Translations under genes and position numbers: made by a program
Assembly (NCBI GenBank): GCA_963676915.2
Contig: CAXXVK010000031.1
Span: 28,646 to 92,645, forward strand
From: Myxococcota bacterium
Lineage (GTDB): Bacteria; Myxococcota_A; SURF-8; G963663525
Length of the DNA stretch: 64,000 nucleotides
Direction: 5' to 3'
The notes under the pieces: model-generated
Databases searched by the model: none
Seen by the model: only the letters and a program-made list of their open reading frames with translations
What the model was told of the DNA's origin: nothing
Shown: positions 19,542 to 28,330 of the stretch, one piece after another
How the letters are laid out: each line of letters starts with the position of its first letter
How positions within the stretch are numbered: position 1 is the first letter of the stretch

Positions 19542-22500
19542 ATGAAAAACCGATTTTTTAAGGGATTTCCCGTAGTTTGGGTCATGCTCGCCTGTTTGGG
19601 ATGGCATTGCGACCTATCCAGCTCATCGGTTCCCACAGCCGATGCTGACCCTTGCCTCGAAGATTCCGACTGTCGAGATGGATACTCGTGTCAAGCTGGG
19701 TATTGCATACCTGACCATTCGGACGTTCCCGATGATGACGAATCGGATGAGATCGCGGACAATGACGAAACCATCGATGTCGCAGATCAGGATGACGATT
19801 CAGACAGCGCTGATGATCATACGGAAATAGATACAGACGACGATCCAGAGGAAGGAAATCCCGCGAATACCTGTATCGCATTGGGTGGAACGTGCCAGCC
19901 GGAAGGTTCTTGTCCCGATGGCACAGTGGCAGACGCCGAATCGTTAGGATGCGAAAGCGGGACGGTTTGTTGTTTTCCGGCCGGTGCTCGTCCGTGCCGG
20001 GATTCGGGTGGATATTGCGAACCGCCGGTTGCGTTGGATTGTTACCGCGATGGCTATCATCGAAGTCAAGATGTTGTGGGAGAATGCGGAGATTACAATG
20101 GCTATTGCTGCGTTCCCGATACCGAATGCCTGGGAGAAGGGCAGACGGGAATAAAGGGAACGGATCTTTGCTGCTTTAATTTGATCGAAGTAGAGGGTAC
20201 CTATCCACTGGCGACCGATAGCCAGGACGATTGCAAGCCAGGTTGTGAAAACTGTTTCTACTGTTCTCGCTGCGGAAACGGGATTTGCGGAGACGCGGAA
20301 AACTATTGCAATTGCCCCGAGGACTGCCCGGAACCGTTCGATTATTGTCGAAGTGTACAAGATTGCGCCAAAGAGGAATGCTATATCAATTCCTCCGATC
20401 AATGCGTACAGGTCACGCCGAAATGCGAAGAATATGAGTGCACAAGTACGATGCAGGCATTCGAAGATCACCTGTGCCTGGATGGACAATGTACCCCAAG
20501 AATCTGCCAGCCCGGTGATACGGTGATGCACACCTGCTGGGACGGTGAGCAGGTGATGGCCTGCGAGTGTCTCGCCGGAGGAGGCTGGCGTTGTGAGGAC
20601 GATCCGAACGCGCTTTGTGCTGATGAACCAGTGTGCGGGCTGGAACAGGTTACGTATTATTCCTGTCCACATGACAATAGGAGAATAGGTGAATGCTTTT
20701 GTGAGGTTGAGGGTTCTCCTTACTGTTCGGAATCGGAACCTGAGGGATGGCGCCCTGCCGGAACATCGGATTATGTACTAGAAGCTTCCTGTAAAGATTG
20801 CCGCGCTGTTTGCCGTCATGTCGGATCGTACAGTGAAGGATGGTACGATTCTTGTTCGGGTGAAGTGATTGCATGGGGAAATTGTTCGGCGGAGTGGTAT
20901 TGCAAAGACGACCCCTGGAAAAGTTGCTCCGAGCCGGACCTCTCTTGCGCTGAAGCGCAAGGGACTTGTCGTCAAGGACGTTGCGAGGACGACGAGTACA
21001 ACGAGAGTTCGTTCGCATGTGATTCCGGTTATTGTTGTATTCCTATTGTCTTCGGGGAATGTATGCGCACCGGCGGGTATTGCACAGCAGAAGACGAAAC
21101 CTGCGAGCTTCCCTATTCATCGATCCTGACAAAATCGGGATGTTCGGAAGAAAAGAGCCGTTGTTGCGTTTGTCCTTATGAAGATTGCAGTCAACCGACG
21201 CAGTGTGAAGATCGTGAGGATTGCCCGGATTCCCATTGTCGAGATATTCGTCCCGAAAACTGGCCGGAAGAGGGAACCTGGGTTTGCGAAGAAATCAATT
21301 TTCATTGTACGTCGGGATCTTGTGAAGCCCAATTTCAATCGTTGGAAAATTACTACTGCGATTCTGAAGAAAACCGTTGCGTATCCATGGAGAATTCATG
21401 CGAAAGATCTCGTTACGGCTACGGTCATTGCGAGGAATCGATTGATCTTTGTAGACTGGGAGAATTCGCGGGAGCAATTGAGTCGGGATGCGAAGATCCT
21501 AATCCCGTTTGTTGCCAGCCAAAATATTGCTCACGTGATGCTGAATGTCCCGATCTGGGGTGTTCGATGGAAGGAAATATTTGTATTTCCTATCGTTCAG
21601 GTTGTGGACAAAACTTATGTCATTATCTATCGGTAGAAAATCCGGGACATGTCTGTACGGAAGATGGCCAATGTGTCGTTTTTCCCGAACCCAACTGTGA
21701 ACAAGCTGGAGGAACGTGCATCGGATGGGGACCGGAGTGCTCGGAAACCCAGTACAACAGCGAACTTTCCTGCGATTACGGTCAGTGTTGTATGCCGCAG
21801 GAACTGGGCGATTGCCACCAGCTGGGAGGAACATGTACGGACCCGGAAATCGAGTGCCCGGACGGAACATATGCCCACGAGCATGCAGACTCCTGTTCCT
21901 ACTATCGCGATAAATGTTGTTTGCCGGAAGAGTCGTCCTGTCCGTTGGATATTACACAGTGCAGCCAACCGCGTTGTGAACATTTCCGGCTCGACGGACA
22001 ACTATACTGTCGGGAATTCCAACCTGCGTGTCGTTTGGGGCAATGTGCGGAAAACGAAACCCTAACCACCGACAAATATTGTGCTTCAGGTGAGTGTTAC
22101 GAAGGTCCGGACTATTGCCGAGCCATTGGCGGCTATTGTGTGCAGGGGGATGAATGTCCGGGAATTAGAACCTCTGCCATTACGGAGGAACCGGTTTGCG
22201 GCGAGGGAGCGGTTTGCTGCTCGGGGTATGGGAGTTATTGGGGCAATACCGGATGTCCTCCTTACGGTAATTACGATCTCCTTGAGCCATTTTGTTACAA
22301 CACCATCGAGAATACATGTGTAGGTTTCTCGCCGTTCTGTGTGCCAGATATGCCCCCCTCTTGGCGGTTGGTAATAGCATCTAGCGAATACGAACAATTC
22401 GACTGCATCGACGGCGAATGCGTGGCCCCCAATACTTGCGTGGAACAAGGTGGTCTTTGCTACGATGCCAACGATGTCTGTCCGGCAGAGTGGGTGGAGA

Positions 22501-22973
22501 TGGAAAACGCCGATTGCGGCGACGAGGGCGGCACGTGCTGTACTCCTTTGATTCCGAGCGAGTGTGAAGAAGCGGGGGGCTTTTGTGCCTCTGTGAACGA
22601 ATCCTATACCCTGGTCAATGTAACCTCTAACTATGATTGCAATGAACCCGATCAAGTGTGTACGGAGGTAGAGTCCTACAGTCGATGCTGGGGACTAGGC
22701 GGCTTCCAGGTTTTTTCAAGTGTCATGTTCGATTGTCCCCCGGATTTCGTAAAAAGTTGCGATAGCGAACACGACTGCTGTTGTTTGGCGTATCCTCCTG
22801 AATGCACGGATAACGATTACTGTTCGATTTGGCCGAATTGCAGAATGGATGAAACCACGGGGAAGTGCATCGAAACGAGAGGACATTGCCTCTATGGGGA
22901 ATGCCAGTTTGAGGAAAAATCACTTACGGGATACCAATGCATGGAAAACGGTTTTTGCCAAGAGCAGCCATAA
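19542..22973 (+). CDS. Very large Cys-rich repeat lipoprotein (1143 aa)
   Basis: Long uninterrupted ORF, signal ending LGWHC, acidic linker, repeated C-x3-GG-x-C...CC modules. Confidence 0.85.
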   Translation: MKNRFFKGFPVVWVMLACLGWHCDLSSSSVPTADADPCLEDSDCRDGYSCQAGYCIPDHSDVPDDDESDEIADNDETIDVADQDDDSDSADDHTEIDTDDDPEEGNPANTCIALGGTCQPEGSCPDGTVADAESLGCESGTVCCFPAGARPCRDSGGYCEPPVALDCYRDGYHRSQDVVGECGDYNGYCCVPDTECLGEGQTGIKGTDLCCFNLIEVEGTYPLATDSQDDCKPGCENCFYCSRCGNGICGDAENYCNCPEDCPEPFDYCRSVQDCAKEECYINSSDQCVQVTPKCEEYECTSTMQAFEDHLCLDGQCTPRICQPGDTVMHTCWDGEQVMACECLAGGGWRCEDDPNALCADEPVCGLEQVTYYSCPHDNRRIGECFCEVEGSPYCSESEPEGWRPAGTSDYVLEASCKDCRAVCRHVGSYSEGWYDSCSGEVIAWGNCSAEWYCKDDPWKSCSEPDLSCAEAQGTCRQGRCEDDEYNESSFACDSGYCCIPIVFGECMRTGGYCTAEDETCELPYSSILTKSGCSEEKSRCCVCPYEDCSQPTQCEDREDCPDSHCRDIRPENWPEEGTWVCEEINFHCTSGSCEAQFQSLENYYCDSEENRCVSMENSCERSRYGYGHCEESIDLCRLGEFAGAIESGCEDPNPVCCQPKYCSRDAECPDLGCSMEGNICISYRSGCGQNLCHYLSVENPGHVCTEDGQCVVFPEPNCEQAGGTCIGWGPECSETQYNSELSCDYGQCCMPQELGDCHQLGGTCTDPEIECPDGTYAHEHADSCSYYRDKCCLPEESSCPLDITQCSQPRCEHFRLDGQLYCREFQPACRLGQCAENETLTTDKYCASGECYEGPDYCRAIGGYCVQGDECPGIRTSAITEEPVCGEGAVCCSGYGSYWGNTGCPPYGNYDLLEPFCYNTIENTCVGFSPFCVPDMPPSWRLVIASSEYEQFDCIDGECVAPNTCVEQGGLCYDANDVCPAEWVEMENADCGDEGGTCCTPLIPSECEEAGGFCASVNESYTLVNVTSNYDCNEPDQVCTEVESYSRCWGLGGFQVFSSVMFDCPPDFVKSCDSEHDCCCLAYPPECTDNDYCSIWPNCRMDETTGKCIETRGHCLYGECQFEEKSLTGYQCMENGFCQEQP

Positions 22974-23009
22974 AAGAAAACGGCGGGTTTGATACCCGCC
23001 GTTTTCTTT
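22973..23009. terminator. Bidirectional intrinsic terminator
   Basis: AAGAAAACGGCGGGT-ttgat-ACCCGCCGTTTTCTT between the convergent Cys-rich gene and tRNA-Pro. Confidence 0.88.
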
Positions 23010-23017
23010 AGCTCTTG

Positions 23018-23094
<77 letters not shown>

Positions 23095-23306
23095 AAGTCT
23101 GTCGGTCATTTTCTCCAAAATCAGATAAATCGCAAGCATTTCCTCAACAAAACGATTTCCGCCCGTTCATGGCTTGCCATACGAGAGCGTCGAGACTAAG
23201 ATACCGTGTTTCCGGCGGTTGACATTCAATCACGGTTTTCACAGAAAAAAGCAGAGGGGCAACGTAGCCCGCACCCTCTGCGGTTATGTAGGAGATGAGG
23301 AAAAAT

Positions 23307-24548
23307 ATGGGTGTTTTCAAAGAATTGCAGGACCGAGGGTTAATAAATCAAGTGACGGACGAAAGTCTCGCCAAGCGCCTCGATACGGAATCGTTTCCGC
23401 ATTACATCGGTTTCGACGCTACCGCTTCCAGTTTGCATATCGGTTCGTTGGCTACGTTGCTGACCATGCGCCGAATGCAGGATGCCGGACACAAACCCAT
23501 CGTTCTAGTGGGTGGTGGAACCACAATGGTTGGCGATCCCTCGGGAAAAACCGAGATGCGGAAAATGCTCGACAAGACCGATATTGCGGAAAATGCTCGC
23601 AAATTTCATAAACAAATGAGCAAGTTCATTAAGCTGGGAGATGGTCCTTCCGACGGAGTGATCGTCAACAATGCCGAATGGTTGATGGATCTCAACTATA
23701 TCGAGTTTCTGCGAGATATCGGCAAGCATTTCAGCGTCAACCGAATGCTGACCGCCGAGTCGGTTAAACTGCGACTGGAAAAAGGGTTGAGTTTTCTCGA
23801 ATTCAACTACCAACTCCTGCAAGCCTATGATTTCCTTCATTTGTTCCAGACAATGGACTGCCGTTTGCAAATGGGTGGTTCCGACCAATGGGGGAATATC
23901 GTAGCGGGTGTAGAACTGATTCGGCGCGTTTGTGGCAAGGAAGCCTATGGAATCACCTTCCCACTGATCACCAAATCCGATGGTCAGAAGATGGGCAAGT
24001 CGGAAGCCGGAGCGATCTGGCTGGACCCCGAATTGACCTCTCCTTACGAATACTACCAATACTGGGTCAATGTCGAAGACAACGACGTGATTCGTTTTCT
24101 CAATTATTTCACGTTCTTACCGCTGGACGAGATTTCGAAACTCGCGGAGTTGCAAGGCGAGGAACTGCGCGAAGCCAAGCGGGTTCTCGCTTACGAAGTC
24201 ACCAAACTGACCCATGGCGAAGAAGAGGCACAAAAAGCCGAAAAAGCCGCTCAGGCTGCGTTTTCCGGTGGGAATGAAATCGATCCCAATGCGGATATCC
24301 CCACCGTCGAGATCAAGGCGGAGGATCTGAAAGAGGCGATTCCTTTGGCGAAACTGATGGCTTCGACCGGCATTGCATCCTCGGGCAAAGAGGCCAAACG
24401 TCTCGCAATGGGTGGCGGTGTGACCGTCAACGGCGATAAGGCCGAGGGTCCGCAACATCCGATTTCCCTGGAGTTGGCCGACGCCCACGGGCAGATCATT
24501 CTACGCATCGGCAAGAAACGCTATCACCGTATTCGGGTGATCGACTAA
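23307..24548 (+). CDS. tyrS: Tyrosine--tRNA ligase
   Basis: YIGFDATASSLHIGS, GDPSGK, YQLLQAYDF, QMGGSDQWGNI, KMGKS, C-terminal S4 domain; alternative ATG at 23295. Confidence 0.97.
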   Translation: MGVFKELQDRGLINQVTDESLAKRLDTESFPHYIGFDATASSLHIGSLATLLTMRRMQDAGHKPIVLVGGGTTMVGDPSGKTEMRKMLDKTDIAENARKFHKQMSKFIKLGDGPSDGVIVNNAEWLMDLNYIEFLRDIGKHFSVNRMLTAESVKLRLEKGLSFLEFNYQLLQAYDFLHLFQTMDCRLQMGGSDQWGNIVAGVELIRRVCGKEAYGITFPLITKSDGQKMGKSEAGAIWLDPELTSPYEYYQYWVNVEDNDVIRFLNYFTFLPLDEISKLAELQGEELREAKRVLAYEVTKLTHGEEEAQKAEKAAQAAFSGGNEIDPNADIPTVEIKAEDLKEAIPLAKLMASTGIASSGKEAKRLAMGGGVTVNGDKAEGPQHPISLELADAHGQIILRIGKKRYHRIRVID

Positions 24549-24559
24549 GGAGGTTTCCG

Positions 24560-25357
24560 ATGCCTTTTCCCCATCCCGCACGTCTGGTTCCTCGTTGGGC
24601 GTTCAGTCGTTTAATGGGTATGGTATCCCATACGCCGCTTCCCGTTTCGATACGAGAACCGGCGTTGGGTCGATTTGCCGAGCGTTTCGGTATCGACCTC
24701 GAACCCATCGAGAAAAACCTGAAGGATTACAAAAGCCTCGATGACTTTTTCGTGCGCAGGCTCAAGCCGGGAGCGCGTCCTATCGACGACGACCCGCAAA
24801 GCGTAGTTTGTCCATGTGATGGAGCCTGGCAGGGGTCGGGAAGTGTCGAAAAAGGTCGGATTTTGCAGGTGAAAGGCATCGATTACAGCCTTACGGAATT
24901 GCTGCATGCTCCAGAGCTGGCGCAAGCTTTCGAAGGCGGGTCTTTCGTAACGATCTACCTCAGCCCGAAGGATTACCACCGGGTACATTTCCCGCTATCG
25001 GTTACGGTCGAGTCCGTGCGAAGCATCGCCGGGGAACGCTACCCGGTGGGATTGGGCTTCGATCGAATGATTCCGTCTTTGTTTGCCCGGAATGCCAGAA
25101 TGGTGTTTCGTTGCCGTAAAGACGGCAAACCGTTCGTGCTCGTAATGGTGGCGGCCATGGCGGTTAGCGATATTGAGTGTTGCGTGCCGGAAGAGGGCGA
25201 ATCTCACGAGGTGCAAAAAGGCGACGAAGCGGGAGTGTTTCACCTTGGTAGTACCGTGGTGATGCTGTTTCCGCCGAAATGCCGGATCGAGGCGCCCGAA
25301 GAAGGTTCTCCGGTGCAATTGGGGCAGAAAATCGGCCTTTGGTCCGTCGAGGACTGA
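24560..25357 (+). CDS. psd: Phosphatidylserine decarboxylase proenzyme
   Basis: FFVRRLKPGARPI, CPCDG, QVKGIDY, YLSPKDYHRVH, FHLGSTV autocleavage motif. Confidence 0.93.
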   Translation: MPFPHPARLVPRWAFSRLMGMVSHTPLPVSIREPALGRFAERFGIDLEPIEKNLKDYKSLDDFFVRRLKPGARPIDDDPQSVVCPCDGAWQGSGSVEKGRILQVKGIDYSLTELLHAPELAQAFEGGSFVTIYLSPKDYHRVHFPLSVTVESVRSIAGERYPVGLGFDRMIPSLFARNARMVFRCRKDGKPFVLVMVAAMAVSDIECCVPEEGESHEVQKGDEAGVFHLGSTVVMLFPPKCRIEAPEEGSPVQLGQKIGLWSVED

Positions 25358-26280
25358 TGGGAAGACGACGAAAAGGCAGGACGGAACCGTCGGGCATCCT
25401 GCCGTTGATCAAACCCGAAGGCATCACTTCGGCCCATGCCGTAGCCAAGGTGCGATCCCGTTTCAAGCTGGCGCGTGTCGGACATTGCGGAACACTCGAT
25501 CCCTTCGCTTCCGGTGTGTTGCCTTTGGCGATCAACGAAGGCACGAAGCTGGTTTCCTACCTGATGCAATCATCCAAGCGCTACCGCGCCGGAATGCTTT
25601 TGGGATGTTCGAGCGATACGCAGGACATTACCGGAACGATTTTGGAGGAGCGTCCCGTCACCGTGGGAGAAAAAGAGGTTCGGGAAGCGATTGAAGCGCT
25701 GGAAGGGAATCAGCAGCAGATTCCACCGATGTACTCGGCGAAGAAAATCGATGGAAAGAAACTTTACGATCTTGCACGAAAGGGTAGGGAAGTCACCCGA
25801 GAAGCCGTTGATATTCGTGTCGAAAACGTTCGTTTTTTAGGGCTTTCAGACAATAGGGTACAATTCGAAGCAACGGTGAGTGCAGGAACCTACATCCGCA
25901 CGCTATGTCACGATGTAGGAGAACGGCTCGGATGTGGTGCCGTGTGCGAAACACTGGTTAGGGTGGCGTCGTCCGGGTTTTTGCTGGAGGATTGTTGCGA
26001 GTTGGAACCGTTACTCGACCATGGCGATGCGGCCTTGGAAGAGGCGCTGGTGCCTGTAAATTCTCCAGCGTTGCCGATTCCCTGCCTGATCGGTGGAAAA
26101 CGAGCCGTGGAGGAGGCCATTCACGGACGGTCGATCCCTGGCGATGATGTGGAATCGCCTGCTTCCTTTGTATCGGAGTCGCGTGTTTTTCGTCTGCTGA
26201 ATACGGATCGTCAGCCGGTGGCGCTCGTCGAACCTGAAGGAGAGAACTGGAAGGTCGTCCGGGGATTCCGGTCGAAATGA
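25357..26280 (+). CDS. truB: tRNA pseudouridine(55) synthase
   Basis: KPEGITS, GHCGTLDPFASGVL, QIPPMYSAKK, SAGTYIRTL; ATG overlaps the psd stop. Confidence 0.96.
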   Translation: MGRRRKGRTEPSGILPLIKPEGITSAHAVAKVRSRFKLARVGHCGTLDPFASGVLPLAINEGTKLVSYLMQSSKRYRAGMLLGCSSDTQDITGTILEERPVTVGEKEVREAIEALEGNQQQIPPMYSAKKIDGKKLYDLARKGREVTREAVDIRVENVRFLGLSDNRVQFEATVSAGTYIRTLCHDVGERLGCGAVCETLVRVASSGFLLEDCCELEPLLDHGDAALEEALVPVNSPALPIPCLIGGKRAVEEAIHGRSIPGDDVESPASFVSESRVFRLLNTDRQPVALVEPEGENWKVVRGFRSK

Positions 26281-26329
26281 TCAAGAAAAGGCAATTCGTA
26301 AGTGTAAGACCTTGAATTGTTAAGCGTTT

Positions 26330-28054
26330 TCAGTTTTCCTGGTTCTGGTTTTTGGCTGTGCCGGTCCATAAAGAAACAACGACAATCACTGCTGCTGACA
26401 AGAAAAATGCAGGCACCAACTCATAGACGTACGAAGCCCACAAATAATGCCAAACGATGGTCGTTGTAAATCCTACCAGCATTCCCGCTGCCGCACCCCA
26501 TTTTGTCACCTTGTTCCACCACAAACCGATGATGAGCAGGGGACCGAATGCCGCTCCTAAGCCGGACCACGCGAATAATACCAACCAAAAGACAACCTTC
26601 GTCATGAACAGGGCGAAAAGCACCGACAAACCACCCAGCACAAGGATTGTCAACCGTGAGATCAATACGAGTCTGCGCTGACCCTTTTCGTCGTCCAAAC
26701 CCTTGCCTAAAACCTTTTCCCAAAGATCTCTCGTCACCGAGGACGCGGCAACCAGCAATTGGCTGTCGGCAGTGGACATAATCGCGGCCATGATTGCTGC
26801 CAGCACCAGTCCTGCAAGTACCGGTGGGAAAATGGAAAGTGCCACTTCGGGATAGGTGTACTCGGGATCGGCCAGAGCCGGGTGACTGAGACGTGCCAGG
26901 TGACCAAGTGTAAGGGCACCGTAATACGAGAGAACACCCCATACGATGGCTATCAGACGGGCCTGCCTGATTTTTGCGGGATCTTTTAGAGCCATGAATC
27001 TCGTCACGACGTGCGGTTGTCCGGGATATCCAAGGCCGATTCCAAGCAACCCGATGACGAGTCCCAAGAGTGCAATCCCCGTCTTGCCTCCGAAAGAATC
27101 CGAGAAATTTTGTCCCGAAACCAAGGTTTTCGCTTCACTGCTTGAAAAATCTATTCCAGCAAGGTTTAACGGCTGTTTCGGAGTAAGGATCTGCGATGCG
27201 CTATTTTGCGAAATCTCAATCGCTTTTGCTTCATTTCCATCCAAAACGAATTTGACAGAAGGCCTGAAACCCGATTCGCAGTCGCTACGAAAAGCAAAAT
27301 GTTTCCCACAAAAGCCGAAAACCAATCCTTCCGGTGGGATGGTTTTCGAGAGGGTTTGTTCATCTTTCTGAGCGGTTATCGTTACAATAGAGCGTTCCGG
27401 GACGTTTTCGAGCTTATTCAAGACCTCTATCGGTCCACCTAACGAGAAGAGGAGCACCAAGGGCATAATCACCAATCCAATGACCATCAACACGGCTTGC
27501 AAGGCATCCGTCCAGACGACGGCCCGGAAGCCACCGAGCAGTGTATAAATTACGGTAATGGCAGCGCCAATTGCTACGCCGTATTCAAAAGGAAAACCGA
27601 AGATGACTTCGAAGGCTTTGCCCGATGCCGTAAATTGAGCGCCGACGTATCCCATCATGCAGAAAAAGATGATCACGGCAGCGATGGTTCGTACGGTTTT
27701 TCGTCCCGGATCGAACAGGGATTGAAAAAGATCCGGGAGTGTCACTGCATCGTGTTTCTCGCTGGCTTTTCGTAAACGTGGTGCGATGAAATACCAGTTG
27801 ATGAGGTAGCCTCCGAGGCATCCAACGGCCAGCCATACAGCGGAAGCCCCTTCCGAGTACCCCATACCCACGGCACCCAGCACGATCCACCCGGATTCCG
27901 ACGAAGCGACCGAGGACAACGCTGCCGCCCATGGGCCGATGGTTCTATCTCCAAGGAAGTAGGAACCTACCGATTTGTTGCTTCCAGCCGCGACGATCCC
28001 GGCAGCCATTACGACCGCCAGGTACAGGACGAAAACTACGATCAACGCCGTCAT
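26330..28054 (-). CDS. putP: Sodium/proline symporter-like SSS transporter with an extra ~100-aa loop domain
   Basis: YFLGDR, ASSESGW, YTLLGGFRAVVWTD, GLGYPGQPH, AAIMSTADSQLL, AWSGLGAAFGP. Confidence 0.88.
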   Translation of the reverse strand: MTALIVVFVLYLAVVMAAGIVAAGSNKSVGSYFLGDRTIGPWAAALSSVASSESGWIVLGAVGMGYSEGASAVWLAVGCLGGYLINWYFIAPRLRKASEKHDAVTLPDLFQSLFDPGRKTVRTIAAVIIFFCMMGYVGAQFTASGKAFEVIFGFPFEYGVAIGAAITVIYTLLGGFRAVVWTDALQAVLMVIGLVIMPLVLLFSLGGPIEVLNKLENVPERSIVTITAQKDEQTLSKTIPPEGLVFGFCGKHFAFRSDCESGFRPSVKFVLDGNEAKAIEISQNSASQILTPKQPLNLAGIDFSSSEAKTLVSGQNFSDSFGGKTGIALLGLVIGLLGIGLGYPGQPHVVTRFMALKDPAKIRQARLIAIVWGVLSYYGALTLGHLARLSHPALADPEYTYPEVALSIFPPVLAGLVLAAIMAAIMSTADSQLLVAASSVTRDLWEKVLGKGLDDEKGQRRLVLISRLTILVLGGLSVLFALFMTKVVFWLVLFAWSGLGAAFGPLLIIGLWWNKVTKWGAAAGMLVGFTTTIVWHYLWASYVYELVPAFFLSAAVIVVVSLWTGTAKNQNQEN

Positions 28055-28154
28055 TTCGTCTCCTTTCGTCACCAGTCTTGAAATAGGTGCCGATACCCAG
28101 GGCAATCAGTCCCAAAGGAAAAAGCACGTACAGAATCCAGATGTCCACAGTCAT
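27945..28154 (-). CDS. Small single-TM protein immediately upstream of, and overlapping, putP
   Basis: SD GGAGG; MTVDIWILYVLFPLGLIALGIG hydrophobic helix; true 3' end uncertain. Confidence 0.5.
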   Translation of the reverse strand: MTVDIWILYVLFPLGLIALGIGTYFKTGDERRRNDGVDRSFRPVPGGRNGCRDRRGWKQQIGRFLLPWR

Positions 28155-28330
28155 CTTTCCTCCGAATTGAAATTACTTTTGTTTGTGGAGATATCCTAAC
28201 AGCCCAGGAACGAGGTCGCAACACTGCTCGTCAAGAACTTTTCGAGTGTGCGAAAAATGGATGTGAGATCAAACGGAAATTTTGCCAAAACATCCATTGA
28301 ACTAGAATTTAAAGGAATGGTTTCTAGCAA

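Noticed and set aside
18630-23017. Genomic islet between rnpB and the tRNA-Pro 3' end
   Set aside because: No integrase and no duplicated tRNA 3' end (att site) found; a normal shared terminator abuts the tRNA
23095-23306. T-box riboswitch before tyrS
   Set aside because: Region is short, must also hold divergent promoters, and lacks the T-box consensus and terminator
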